DNA from: Podarcis gaigeae
Lineage: Eukaryota
Assembly (NCBI GenBank): GCA_964106915.2
Contig: OZ066925.1
Strand: one strand, 5' to 3'
DNA length: 64,000 bases
A program made the translations under genes and the position numbers. Of the stretch, positions 23,020 to 35,937 are shown in pieces. The notes under the pieces were generated by a model that worked only from the letters and a program-made list of their open reading frames with translations, made no database searches and was not told where the DNA came from. The first letter of the stretch is position 1, and each line of letters begins with the position of its first letter.

Positions 23020-24246
23020 CAGGTGTCCCCCACTTACATGGGGATTACATTCCAGGTCCCCGTGGGCATAGGTGAAATCACATAAAGTGGGGAGCACCCC
23101 ACTTTAATAGGGAGGGTGAATGGGGATGAGAGTGAGAGGATTAGGGAGAGGGAGAGGGAGGGGGAGAGAGGCAGATTCACCCAGGGCCACTGCCCAGCAT
23201 GTCCCGAGCCTGCAAGCTTGCCTGCCTGCCTCTGTGTGAGCCAGTATGTGTGGTAGCAGCGGATGGCCATGGAGGCTGAGGACTGAGAAGGGTGCCAAGC
23301 AGAACTGGTGCCAGGATGGGGGCACAGATGGGCAGCAGAGGTAGGGAGAAGGTGCCTCCCGCTCTGCTTCTAGTTGATCAATGACAGAAGTCCTGAGCAA
23401 GGACTGCACTTGGGCAAAAAAAATAAAAAATGAGAGGCACAAATACAAGATGGGTGACACCTGGCTTGAGAGCAGTACATGTGAAAAGGATCTAGGAGTC
23501 TTGGTTGACCACAAACTTGACATGAGCCAACAGTGTGACGCGGCAGCTAAAAAAGCCAATGCAATTCTGGGCTGCATCAATAGGAGTATAGCATCTAGAT
23601 CAAGGGAAGTAATAGTGCCAATGTATTCTGCTCTGGTCAGACCTCACCTGGAGTATTGTGTCCAGTTCTGGGCACCACAGTTCAAGAAGGACACTGACAA
23701 ACTGGAACGTGTCCAGAGGAGGGCAACCAAAATGGTCAAAGGCCTGGAAACGATGCCTTATGAGGAACGGCTAAGGGAGCTGGGCATGTTTAGCCTGGAG
23801 AAGAGGAGGTTAAGGGGTGATATGATAGCCATGTTCAAATATATAAAAGGATGTCACATAGAGGAGGGAGAAAGGTTGTTTTCTGCTGCTCCAGAGAAGT
23901 GGACACGGAGCAATGGATCCAAACTACAAGAAAGAAGATTCCACCTAAACATTAGGAAGAACCTCCTGACAGTAAGAGCTGTTCGACAGTGGAATTTGCT
24001 GCCAAGGAGTGTGGTGGAGTCTCCTTCTTTCGAGGTCTTTAAGCAGAGGCTTGACAACCATATGTCAGGAGTGCTCTGATGGTGTTTCCTGCTTGGCAGG
24101 GGGTTGGACTCGATGGCCCTTGTGGTCTCTTCCAACTCTATGATTCTATGATTCTAAGAGAAGGCCTGTTTGTTTATTTACTTATATATTTTGCAGTGCC
24201 CTGCGTAAACGCGGTCACGTATGTGTGGGATGTGGGAGTGTGTCTG
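23020..24246. mobile_element. Degenerate Tigger-like DNA element interrupted by a CR1
   Basis: Left end TA|CAGGTGTCCCCCACTTAC and decayed right end GTGGGAGTGTGTCTG|TA flank the CR1. Confidence 0.5.
23404..24156 (+). mobile_element. 5'-truncated CR1 LINE (ORF2 C-terminus, 3'UTR, (ATTCTATG)n tail)
   Basis: Open frame [18 protein letters not shown]...[14 protein letters not shown]...[10 protein letters not shown]...RRLRGDMI runs to the stop at 24079, followed by the terminal CTATGATTCTATGATTCTA. Confidence 0.95.
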
Positions 24247-24667
24247 TAGTTTGAAATGATAATAGAAAATTCTACCAAAAATAGGTTGCTACTTTTTCCT
24301 GCAACTATCCTTATCTTTGGCAGAAGCCCAACGTAAATTTGGGTGGGTGAAATTTGGGTGGGTGAAATTTTCCTGGCCCGGATAAAAGTTGTAGGAAAGC
24401 TTCAACTAATTTCTGTTAAGAGTCAGGAGCAGGGTCAGAAAAGGAGATGCCATAGGATGCAGTTGTCACAGCAATGATCTTTCTCTTATTGATACCCTCA
24501 CTACTTTTTGTTACTGAATGACTGAAAGCACCTGTATGTTTTCCCCTGTCAGATAAAGAGCTGTTGACAGTGATAGTTATCTGGAAGATAGCACAAGGAA
24601 AGAGTCCTGTTCCCCCTACCCAACCCTGCCACTGCTGCCAACATTACAGTTGAAAAAACACACTTAC

Positions 24668-24705
24668 CAAATTAATGCTGCCAGTAGGAGAACCATTGAA
24701 TGATT
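24668..24705 (-). CDS. SNX13: SNX13 exon 16 (38 nt)
   Basis: cag|AATCAT...AATTTG|gtaagt; ESFNGSPTGSINL. Confidence 0.93.
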
Positions 24706-26082
24706 CTGTCAAAATAAGAGACAGAACTGTACGTCAAAACATAAATGTTTAAGCAAGTTAACATGTGAAGTGTTACATATCAGGATTTCTTTCCGAGTAG
24801 AAAGTGTAAACGAAGATCTAATTACAAAACATTACTAATATCCACATAGTTTAACTTAATGATGAATTTTAGGCTAATTTGAAAGTTGCATGCATCATAA
24901 TATTCCTAATTAGATTAGAACAAACATGGTAAACTATTAGAAGGCATGCAAGTGTGGCCCTAATGTTAAAACTTAAAGGTATTACTAATCTATACCGCTA
25001 GGTGGTAGCAAAGCACACTTATTATTTGTCTACTACTATCATATAATATTACCCTATTTGACACATTAATAAAATCAGGAGTGGTTATGGTAAAAAAATT
25101 AATGACTTCCATGCAGGAGGAGTCTCAGGTTGCAGGTACACAACACATCAGAGGAAGGCATATAAACTGGAGGAGGGAAGGAGCCCCATAGCTATTGCAA
25201 CTGTTCTGCAGGTTCTAGACCTATAGACAGCTGCCTAGAGGCTATAAGCATGTGATCATCAGAGCACTGTGGAACCTGCTGGAAATGCTCCTCTTGCCAA
25301 TAGAGTTAACTATCAGTTGTGTGTCTTTCTTATCTGGGTCGGGCCACAGCAATACAATACATGTTCATACAGCAGAACTTAATATAACAAAGCATGGGGG
25401 GAAGAAATTGTAGAATGACACTTGAGTGCTCTTTTATTGAGCAAGCTATAGGCTTGAAAAGTTTGCAAGAAAGTTTCATATTCACTTTACTAAGGGGCTG
25501 CATGTAACATGTCATAATTACAAAGAATAAAGAGATTGGATAGATATCATAATTATATTTTGTGATGTTTATATATTTATCTTCCACACCATAAAGTGTA
25601 TAGTTTATCCACAGGAAACTGTTCTCTATTCATGCACGATGCAAGCTCAATGCAGAATGACTGCACATTTTAAAAGTCCTATGGGTATGGTGCACAATTA
25701 ACCCAACAGTGAAACTTCCTTCTGCTAAGACATATCAGTGCCTGTCATCTTAAACACACGCGCATGCACACAATGTGGGCTCCCTTTTGGAAACTGGAAC
25801 TGAGTAATCAGGTTAGGATTTAATGTACTTTGGTCTCATTTTACTGGACTTATATACACCTTGGTTCTTAAATTGTTACTGGGCATACAGGATGAGACGG
25901 GGCAAACATTTAAACAGATTTTAAAAACATCACACAGTAAATCTGATGCTGCAGTGATATCACAAATAAGCATAAACCATAACAATTAAAGTCTGGAATA
26001 AACTTTATTTTTATTTTATTTATTAAATCTGTAAATAGCCCTTCATGCAAAGATCACAGGGTGGTTCACAACATAAACTTAC

Positions 26083-26215
26083 CCCCTTCACCATCATCTG
26101 ATCCTCTGAAGCTAGGGTCCTTTAGCATATCTAGCTCTGCAAGCATTCGGACATAGAGGACATGCAGTCTGAATGACGGATAGAAGCGTTCGTCCCGGAG
26201 CATCATATCATATAC
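26083..26215 (-). CDS. SNX13: SNX13 exon 15 (133 nt), end of RGS
   Basis: aag|GTATAT...GAAGGGG|gtaagt; VYDMMLRDERFYPSFRLHVLYVRMLAELDMLKDPSFRGSDDGEG. Confidence 0.95.
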
Positions 26216-26520
26216 CTTATGGAATGGAAAGTTCAGTATTACTCGCAGTTATGGAATCAATCAGTTTAGACTTTCAAAGGTCTCCTAAATTGTGGGAGAG
26301 CACCCAAGGAAGAATGGCAGGCCTTACTGGGTTGAACAACATTGCTTTCCCAATTATAAACCTGAGTATCTCAATTAAGAACACAGCTCGTCTTTAGGTG
26401 CATAAGTCATGGCAAGCCTTCGGCTCACAAACTTCCCACCTCCCCTTCCCTTTCTCCTTCATAAGCACTGTAAAGCTTCTGTTTCCAATTTGTAGTGAAT
26501 CCATTTCCCCTTTCATCCAC

Positions 26521-26850
26521 CAGGGGCTGGCAAGGTTTACATCGCCTGGGCCGGTTCACTCCAGCGGAGATCCCTCTGTGGGCCGGATTGTATGCGTGCC
26601 CGTGATTTCCAGCATCTGCGTCTGCGCAATGTGATTTTCGGCATCTGCACATGTGTAGACGCAATTTCTGGCACCGCAGAAGCGAGTTCCCGCGCTGCGC
26701 TGCACCGGTTTAACGCAGCACGCAGGGACACGCTGAGCGGGCAGCTCAGCTCGGGGGGCAGTTCAACAACCCCCATGGGCCATGAGAACATATGTTCCTT
26801 GAGAACATAAAAAGCCACGTGGCCCATGGGCCTTTGGTTGCCTACCCCTG
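26521..26850. mobile_element. hAT-like non-autonomous element (GC/CpG-rich)
   Basis: Ends CAGGGGCTGGCAA / TTGCCTACCCCTG with a GGGCCGGAT subterminal motif; TSD not clear. Confidence 0.65.
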
Positions 26851-26888
26851 GTCAAAACCTTAGTTAATTAACTAATCAAGGTCTAAAG

Positions 26889-27059
26889 CAGAGCTTTCCA
26901 AATTTTTCATGTTGGTGACATACTTTTTAGACATGCATCATTTTGCGACACAGTAATTAAGTTTTACTAGCAAACCAGAGGTTAAGCCAACCCCTTTCCA
27001 GCCCCAGGAGCGTGGGGAGTGACACAGTAACATGTCACGTCACAGTTTGGAAAGCTCTG
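26889..27059. mobile_element. hAT MITE (171 bp)
   Basis: 14-bp perfect TIR CAGAGCTTTCCAAA; TSD GTCTAAAG/GTCTAAAA (7 of 8 match). Confidence 0.85.
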
Positions 27060-27516
27060 GTCTAAAAACTGGGTCAATATTGACCCACCAACCAACCAAA
27101 TTCTCTGCCATGCTGTTAATAAAGCAGTGTTATCCACACAAAATTCCCCCCAGGACAATTTTGCTGAGCTGCTGATGAATTTGTTGCTGTGCATTCCGGA
27201 ACTGAGAAGCTGGGCACGCCCCAATTAAAGCTTAGACCAGTTATGATCAAATTCAGAGCAAACTCAACATGGCACCCTAGTTGACTCTGAAAAAAAGCAA
27301 GCAAGGGAGAATTCATATGTGGGAGCACACCATTTTTAGAAGTTTGGTACTTTTACATCTGCCACGAGCCACAGAAAGCAAGCTATGAGTTGCATGCAAT
27401 GGAAATGCTGCAATATTTCTGGGATAACTTTGCATTTTCATTGAAAATCAACAAAATCAGTTATTAGCAACCAGCTTCCACCAATACATATGAAAAGGAG
27501 AATTAGCATACTACAC

Positions 27517-27621
27517 CTTTCTCTGAATCTCATCAAATATTTCGGGAGTTGGATCCTCATTATTCAGTTTCTCTGCCAGTTTTGCAACCAAGGTATCATC
27601 AATATTGACTCTTGGTGATGC
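27517..27621 (-). CDS. SNX13: SNX13 exon 14 (105 nt), RGS
   Basis: cag|GCATCA...AGAAAG|gtgtag; ASPRVNIDDTLVAKLAEKLNNEDPTPEIFDEIQRK. Confidence 0.94.
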
Positions 27622-28191
27622 CTGCCATAGAGAACTCAATAAATTTGTGCACCACTTGACCTTATTTTAATTTGTAAAAAAATAAAACTCAAATTATTAT
27701 TGCAGAGAGAAAAAATAAAGCTAGGGATAGACACCTAACAAGTAAAGACTGCAACAGTTATTTTCATTAAACTAAGATCACTAGTCAAGGGAGAAACATG
27801 TTGAGTTATAAGCAGATTCCAGGACCTACCGTTTCGTATCTGAAGAAAATATATTGCTTAAAATTTATCTAAAATGCATGTGTGTTAGTCTTGTCTCTTC
27901 AAGAGAAATAAAAAAGGGAACCAAACAACTAAGGACTTTGTCACATTCGGTCTGAATCCCCAAATTCAAATTGACTTGCTCAAAGCCAAACATAAAGAAT
28001 AAAAATGAAGGACATTATTCTGAGTAAAAAGTAAAGACTGATCCTCTGTAGTTCAATTTTAATAAGTTCATCAGAGCCTCTGCATCTTCAAATATTGGAC
28101 TGAGGTTCAGCAGCTTGATCTTAAGGTTCCTATGCAACCTTTAGAATACAGCTATCATATAGCTTAATTTTCCTTTAAAACCCATTCTTAC

Positions 28192-28385
28192 CTTCTCTGA
28201 CAAATATTGATCATAAATTCCAACTGCAGCTGACTTTAATAGGCCTTTGGTTTCTGTAGTCTGATGCCTTCCATCTTTCTGAAGACTCAATAGCACTTCC
28301 AGCTGCTGCTGTGCTGTAACCCTGTATCCTTCTACGGTCATCCAGAAAAAGAGATGTGCTTGGCCGCCCATCTGCTGCATGTAAT
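28192..28385 (-). CDS. SNX13: SNX13 exon 13 (194 nt), RGS
   Basis: tag|ATTACA...GAGAAG|gtaaga; DYMQQMGGQAHLFFWMTVEGYRVTAQQQLE...IYDQYLSEK. Confidence 0.96.
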
Positions 28386-28877
28386 CTACAAATAACAATT
28401 CAGTCACATCTATTAGGATACAAATATCCTACCCAAATAATTTGCCCTGAAGAACTACGGTAGATATAAAATTGAATTAGCAAAGTGATGCTGATTTTGG
28501 ATCAGAATAATTATAATCCAAATTATATGTTCAGCATATTTACTAACAAATTGCTCTGAACTTTGGTGTTTACATGCTGCTCCCTAAGTCCTATCTACTG
28601 CTTCCTTGCTGCTCAGGAAGGAATCATGCTACTTTAAAAATGGCAGAGTTGACAATACATTGCAGCTCTTTAACCTTGGAATTAAGTAAGCCATTCACAT
28701 TAAAAATAAAAAAAAAGGTTCTGCTCATTTGTGTTAGATAGTATGGACAGCAAGGTTTGGAACTGAAGTGGATGCGGCCAAAAATTAATTTCTCCTCTCT
28801 TTATAATTCATTTGTGCCTACTGCAGGCTATGATGGTATTTCATAGTTTTAAAAACACACAACTACTGTTCTCTTAC

Positions 28878-28977
28878 CCATAAAAAATTGTAGTGCAACA
28901 TTGTTAATAAGAATGGTGTCCAGAGGGACTGTGCAAAGTTTTCCGAAGTTTGCAGCCAGTTTCACAGTATCTATTTC
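28878..28977 (-). CDS. SNX13: SNX13 exon 12 (100 nt), start of RGS domain
   Basis: cag|GAAATA...ATGG|gtaaga; EIDTVKLAANFGKLCTVPLDTILINNVALQFFM. Confidence 0.95.
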
Positions 28978-29674
28978 CTGGATAAAGACCACATCATGTT
29001 AATAGGTTCCTAGATTAAAATCAATATACAATCACAACGTAAAACCATTTTAGTAGCATCATGCATGTTTTCTTCCCAAGAAGAAAACTCTCTTTTGTCA
29101 TAGCAACATTTCCAGTAATATGGAAAGTCTGCTGCCCACGAGGTCCTTCAGCTAATCGGGATGGGGAACCTGCAGCGCTCCACATTTTGTTGAAATCCAA
29201 CTTCCATTATACCTGGTCACTGGCCATACTGCCTAGGGCTGATGGGAGCTGGAGTCAAACAACATTTTGAGGGCTATAAGTTTCCCTTCACCCAAACTAA
29301 GTACAACTGGGAAACAATGCAGGGACGGTGCAACATTCTACTATACACTTCAACATTCTATGCTTTGTTAAAGGCATTAGGAATAGATTCACTGGGCTGA
29401 GGAAGTCATTCAAACATGATGATGCCTATGAAACTGCCAGAAGCAGTTCAGCAGTGCTTCCAATACCAAGCTGGTATATAATGGGCTTTGATACTAACTA
29501 GGCTTCATGGAGGGGGGGGCTGGAAGGGACTACAGAGGGCACCAGCAACCATCACCTCTGCTCTCTTCCTCTGACAAGAGCATTACATGAATGGAACTCC
29601 CACCATGTCAGTGTGGGGCAGAGGCAGGGGACCAGGAGAATGACCCAGGAGAGGGGACCAGTGATGTTATAGAT

Positions 29675-29960
29675 CAGGGACACCCAACGTTCAAGAGACT
29701 GTGATTTACTTGCACGATTAAAATCTTTCAGTGATCTACCCCTTTTTTTGGGGGGGTTAGGTCAAAAATATGAAAAGAAGTGCTCATCAAGAGATCACTA
29801 ATGAGCCAGCCTCGCTAAGAAAACTCCGTCTTCTGTTCTAGCGACCTACAGGATGGGGCAAGGGGACGGGACCAGGGGAAGAGCCAAAGATCGACCGTGA
29901 TCTACCAAAACCTACCGGGGATCAACCAGTCAATCCCAACTGACCTGTTAGACATCCCTG
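29675..29960. mobile_element. Degenerate hAT-like element
   Basis: Ends CAGGGACACCCAAC / GTTAGACATCCCTG with repeated GATCTAC/GATCGAC subterminal motifs. Confidence 0.55.
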
Positions 29961-30022
29961 ATAGATTATACATATATACTTGGGTTGATTTTAACACATT
30001 CTAGCAGAGAAAACACACTTAC

Positions 30023-30111
30023 TTTTCCTGACTGCAGCCTCAGTATTCTTGAATCACATACTTTCTTCACAAACAATAAGCTATTTATCTGATTTTTTAT
30101 AGTGTTGATAT
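30023..30111 (-). CDS. SNX13: SNX13 exon 11 (89 nt)
   Basis: cag|ATATCA...GGAAAA|gtaagt; DINTIKNQINSLLFVKKVCDSRILRLQSGK. Confidence 0.95.
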
Positions 30112-31802
30112 CTGAAAACAAACACACTAAGAAGTAAGACTCAAAAAGATGGGAAGTATTTGGAGTATTACAATATAAGTATTGCTTAAAGCTGTCTGTA
30201 CAGAAAAAAGATGACCAAGAGACACTGAAGCAGTGACTTCACAAATGGAGAAATATATTATTATTTTTAAAGCCAAGGAAATTGTCATTGGTTTCACTAA
30301 CTTAAATAAATACTAAAAATGCAAAGTGAGGGATATAACATCAAGCCACTCTTGCCTTTGGATTCTGTTTGCCAGCTTTTAGAAATATTTTTAGAAAGTG
30401 ATATCATAAACATTTTAAAACAAATGGCACAAAAATTAAATGAGCATTAAAAACTCTTCGTTTGGTTTTTAAAAAACTATACTTTTTAAAAACTATAGTT
30501 TAGGATACAAATGCAGTTCTGTAACTTTATATGCACTTAGCCCCACAATCAAGGTTGCATGTATTATCTGATGCTGTGACAACCATGATTGCACAATATT
30601 TTCTACTGAGGTACAGAATTACTCAATCCTGGTTTTGTTTTTACATATAGCGTTTACAGATGCAAATATACACTTTCATGCCTACAGTCTATGCCTTATG
30701 AAATCTCACAAGCTAGGATGAACAGGATTTCTAATTCATTGTTTGGGGGCTAGTCCCTTGCCTAGCCCCTTTCCCTGTCCAATGCTAAGTAGAAGTAGAA
30801 TAAGCTGGCCAAAATAAGTAAATATACAGAATACACGTTGCAGAAATATGTGACTGTTTTGGAAAACAATGTATATGCACCATTACCAATAATGGCGACT
30901 ATTCTGAAATACTAAAAGTATATAGGTGAGATCTGCAAATTTTCTGGATAAACTTTTAAGTCACTAAGAACTAAAAAACAATCTGCAATAATATCTTTTA
31001 CACAAGAATGATAAACTTATTAAGTGCTTGAACCAGGCACAATCCAATTTAAACCAAAGGTCATTTGTATATTCATAATAGACCCTTTCCTGAACTGCTT
31101 AAGTAACCAATTTTAAATGAGACAATCTGTCAGTCTAGCACTAGAAATGTAGCTCTATGGTGCAGAATTATTGAGAACCACAGGTGGGCAAGAATGAATA
31201 GATATAGCTTCTAGATAGACACAAGTTCCAGACTTGGAAAACCATTATTCTGAAATTCCATCCCATCCCTCCGATTAGGAAATCCACTATCTATCTTCTG
31301 TTGTCCATTTAAAAGTGGAGTCTTGGAACTGAGTAAGGTTCAAAAACCTGTTCATCTATGAACTTAATGCATAGCTTTCTGCAGATCACCAGCAACCTTA
31401 GTTACCCTATGGTAATACAAGTAGCCTACTGCATAGATTGTTGCAGAGAAAACAAGGCAATGATTTTAGGTAAATAAATGCTACCAAAGTGTCCTCATCA
31501 TTTCTAGCATGGTAAGAATTACCTCAAACAAAAACAAATGCTTTTGCATTCCTTGTCTGTGCCTTCTAATCCAGTACACCTCTTAAAAGAACAAATGTTA
31601 TCAAAAGTCACCCTATTTAGCTCAGTGTTTGCCTAGCCATTCAATGGGGGGGGGGGGAGATTACATTTTATGAAAACACACTTGCAAATATGGTTTTTCC
31701 TCCATGCATCAGCTCTCAAACTATAAAATTCTCTGTCCTTTACATATTTAAACCAAGTATGTTATTGATGCTTTAATTTGCAAATGTAATTTAAATACTA
31801 AC

Positions 31803-31941
31803 CATCTCCAGCTGTATCTAAAGATCGAAGATACTGTAGTTCTTCTGCTGCTTTATCCCTTACTGCTTCCAACTCCCCTACTTTGTCACTTACTTTAATA
31901 ATGTTCATAAAGGCCTCATAGTTGCAAATTGAATCACGAAT
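31803..31941 (-). CDS. SNX13: SNX13 exon 10 (139 nt)
   Basis: tag|ATTCGT...GATG|gttagt; IRDSICNYEAFMNIIKVSDKVGELEAVRDKAAEELQYLRSLDTAGD. Confidence 0.95.
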
Positions 31942-32792
31942 CTAATGAACATGGAAAAAGATAATACATGTTAATCTACTGTTTCTCAAGCAGGCTAGAC
32001 TGATATATCAAGACATAGTTCCTTTTAATGCATTACAGTCCAACCTTCCTTTTTAAGTTCCCCTCAACTGGGTGTTCGTTAAATCTTCATATTGGACCTT
32101 CTAAGCAATAACCTTCACAACGAAATCTTCACTCTCCTGTTATTAACATCGAATAATTCTCCTAATTTCAAGCTATGTTCCACTCCTACTAATGCTGCTT
32201 CAAAAAATTAGGAAGTATTACCTTGAAAAAGATTAACAGCACTGGGTGTTTTTTTAAATGATTGCACTGTCAACTTCTACAATATATCTGTTGTTATTTA
32301 AGTATATTAAAAAGTGAGAACATAATGGCTTGGGTCAAATCTCAGTTTTAACCAGTTATGCTTAACTATGTTTTACAGGTGAACACACAGTATGATGGTG
32401 TATTGAGCAAAGATTGCAGCTGCTGCCACCCTGCTAATAGCTACGTCATGTTTGAGATTAGTGTTACGTCTAAACCCAGGCACTTGGTTTGTCTTCCCCA
32501 GACAATCCATGTGAGGTAAACTAACAACAAACCCTAACTGCAAGTTTGGGGGGGGGGGGTGGAGTGGGACAGACTACAAGCCGGGGGTCGGATGCAAACA
32601 CTAAGCCCAACCGTTGCTCAGCTCCTTGCAGTGTGCCAGGAATGGAGAAGCAAAGTGGGTGTATCATCATCAAGCTTTGCATGCAGCTTTAATTCCTAGT
32701 TTAGCTTAACTGTGCTTTGAAGTGACATGTAAACCAGCCCTATACACGTAGACAAACATTCTAAAGATACTGTTCAAGTGTAAAAAGCTTAC

Positions 32793-32876
32793 CATCCATA
32801 TGAAATACTGATTAATATAATCAGGATCACTGAGCTGATTTATTAATGGAAGAAGAATTCCTCGAGCAAGGATTTC
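32793..32876 (-). CDS. SNX13: SNX13 exon 9 (84 nt), end of PXA
   Basis: cag|GAAATC...TGGATG|gtaagc; EILARGILLPLINQLSDPDYINQYFIWM. Confidence 0.95.
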
Positions 32877-33037
32877 CTGAAAAGTAAAGAACAATAAATT
32901 GGCCACTCCTCAACTAAAACAAAAACTAACGCAAAACAAGCCGAATAAAAAGAAAATTAAACAAGAAATAAAAATATTCCAGAAAGCCACTTTTTGAAGC
33001 CTTGTCAGCTTCAAAGAGGCAGGTTCGTAAACCTATA

Positions 33038-33249
33038 CTGTCATACCTTGGTTTTCAAATTTAATCCATTCAAAAACCAAGCTGCAGCTTCCAACTGGCT
33101 GCAGGAGTGTTCTGTGGCCAATAAGAAGCCGCGCCGGATGTTTGGCTTCCAGAAATCGTTTGAAAACTGGAAGAATCACTTCCGGTTTTCAATCGTTCGG
33201 GAGTCGAAACGTTCGAGTTCAAAGGTGTTTGGCTTCCAAGTTTCTACTG
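33038..33249. mobile_element. Degenerate Tigger-like MITE
   Basis: TA-flanked ends CTGTCATACCTTGG / CCAAGTTTCTACTG; CpG-rich interior with repeated GTTTGGCTTCCA and GTTCG motifs. Confidence 0.6.
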
Positions 33250-35401
33250 TATTTATATCCAAACTCAAACTGACATAAGCACCCAAATAGAGCAGGCTCA
33301 TCTTCCCTTGATTCAGAGACTGCCAGTAAGGCCAAGCTCCTTTTACTCCTTGCAATCATAATAATGGGAGCAGAGGGTGGGGAGAGACAGAAAGACAGAG
33401 AGAGAGAGAACAGGGCTGTGTCAGTTCCATCCCGACTCCATCAGCCCAGCAGCAACCCACCCACCCCCGCTCCACTATCCAAATATTAGTAAAGAAAGGT
33501 GAATCCTGCTGAAGGCATGCAGAAGCTCATCATGATCTGGAATGCTCACTGATCACATTGAGTGCCTACATGTGTTCAGCAGGCTTTTCTATTGCAGACA
33601 TCTCAACACACAGATAAGGAAGGGAGAAGGGGAAGCATTGCTGGTGGTGAAGGGGCAACAGGCACAGCCTTGTTCTCTGCCTTATTGCAATCGCAAAGGG
33701 GCTCACGTTTAGCAAGGTAATCTTACAAATGTCTTGTCAGGGGTAAGCAGCAGCTGAGCTGCTCAAACAGGAGATAAGGGTTTAATTGTCATAGCTGGCG
33801 ACTCTGCAGAGCTGGAGAATCCTAGTCTTATTAGCAAATTCTGCTTTGTACTTAATGGGATACAATAGAAGATGCGACCTCCCTCTATAGCACAGGGAGA
33901 AAGGTTCTCAAATAAACCAATATTTGCAGAACCTTCTGACTGATTCTCCAGTGCAACCTACCAACCAATATAAATTCCTTCCTCCCCCAATTTATGATGT
34001 GACTGACAAGCAAGAACTCTAGGGCTTAGGTGTCTTGAAAGGCTTGCTACCACAATTCCAGCTCCATCTTCAAGTCAAAACATAATTAAATATGTAAGTT
34101 AAAGATGGAATTCCTTTCTGATCTGTATTCAAACACGAGGGAGCGAGAAAAGAATAAAGAGGCAAGGTTGAAAATAGTACTGAAAAGTGTAAGGAATTCT
34201 AATAAAACAATAAATTGCTGGATACATTTCAGCAGCAACCTTCCTCAGGGGAAATTAATTTATTTAATTTATTTACGTAATTTACGTAAATAAATTAAAA
34301 TAGTGCAGTTCTACACATGTCTATTCAGAAGTTTAGAAACATTAATTCAATGGAACTTATTTTGATCAAGGATTATAGTAATTTAAAAATATTACCATAC
34401 AGCAGTTCTTATGTGGTTTGCTGAATGCACATGTAATTAATTTTAAGATTCAGGATTAATTGTATTAATTTGCTTACTTTTGAACATAGGTTTAATGACT
34501 AATGACTATGAATACCATATACATGTTGCATTGTTAAAAAACATTGTTTAAATTACGATGGTTCATTCAGTGCCCAAGGAAGGTTTCCACAGTCTACTGG
34601 GGAAATTAATATTCTGTTAAAGCTTTTCAGTACTATTTTCAGGCTTGCCTTTTCTTCTTCTTTTACTCTTCTATATTTAGAGTTAACTGACTGTTTGGAA
34701 TTAGAAGTTATTTCTCTCTTAAAATATCCTCTTTCTTCTGCTCCTACAAAAGGTACAATACTGTATGCACCCTTTGTATAACAGGCGTGATCTAGCTCAC
34801 CATGAGTGAAGCAGCTCCACCCATATTTCCAAATGCCCTTACTGCCCTTGCATGTGTATTAGAATACATATGGAAAGGCAACGTAAGTAGTAATAACTTC
34901 ATCTAGCCTCCTCTTGGACATGACAGGCTGGCCATCCCTTAACAGCAAACACACTGTGAGTGAACATGAGCATATAAAAGTGATAAGTATACGTGTCTGG
35001 TGGTAGTGGTGGCAAGGAACTGGGCTTTAGTTGTGGGAACCTTCCTTGCTTGGGTACCCAGTGGTGGACTGAATCATGCCATTTCATTTTTAATGGTCTT
35101 TTTAATCATGCCATTTCATTTTTAGTTGTTTTACACTCCACATTCATATTTAACAGAGCAACACTACATGGCCTACTCAGAAGTGAGTCTCAGAAATGAG
35201 GTAAGTAGATACAGGATAGCAACCTAAGTCATTTATAGCTTAAAAACAGATTGACTGAAATTAAACAGAATTGCAAAAGCTTTAATTACCAGACAGATCT
35301 AGATATAAAAATCTTATGGTGCCTGATTATATAAACATCATGCAGTTCCTAGGCTAAGGAGTATTGGACACTCCTGGAGTAGGGTAGGAAACTAAATTTA
35401 C

Positions 35402-35490
35402 CCTGACAAAATATCTCATGATCTTGTTCTGGAAGTCTCCAGGAGGTAGCAATAAATACAGTAAAACTTCACACAGATCCCTTAGGAATC
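35402..35490 (-). CDS. SNX13: SNX13 exon 8 (89 nt), PXA
   Basis: tag|GATTCC...GTCAGG|gtaaat; GFLRDLCEVLLYLLLPPGDFQNKIMRYFVR. Confidence 0.95.
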
Positions 35491-35937
35491 CTAAAGGTAC
35501 AAGATATAAAAGAAAACAGTGGATAACAAAATCTAATATTGTGTTAAACATATTCCTTTCAAATATTTTAAGCAATAATAGAAATCATTATATACTACAA
35601 TAAATGCCACCACCACATTTTCTATGGCAATAATCCAGAAAATCACTTTTTGGTAATAATTGTCTAGGAATACAATATTAGGTTGCAATATATAATGTAC
35701 AGCCACAAGTCTCACTTCTAAACTAATAGAAAAAGCATTTTATTTTTCTGTTATAAATACATTATTCCTACTTCTAATTAATAACAAAATTCAATGTCAA
35801 AACTATGCAGCAGAAGTACACTTAATTGAATACGAGGGATTAACAATGATCCACTTAGAAATCTCAGTTTATTTCTAGGAGACTGGTTGCTGCTCTAATT
35901 TAGTCACAACGTAACTGAAGAAAGCAAGGGGGAAAAC

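Noticed and set aside
23381-24079. 232-aa plus-strand ORF as a nested host gene
   Set aside because: It is the C-terminus of CR1 ORF2; the ATG comes from flanking sequence and the RT core is absent.
26521-26850. CpG island or internal promoter
   Set aside because: The CpG richness is confined to a short hAT-like element; the same applies at 20307, 54704 and 57408.
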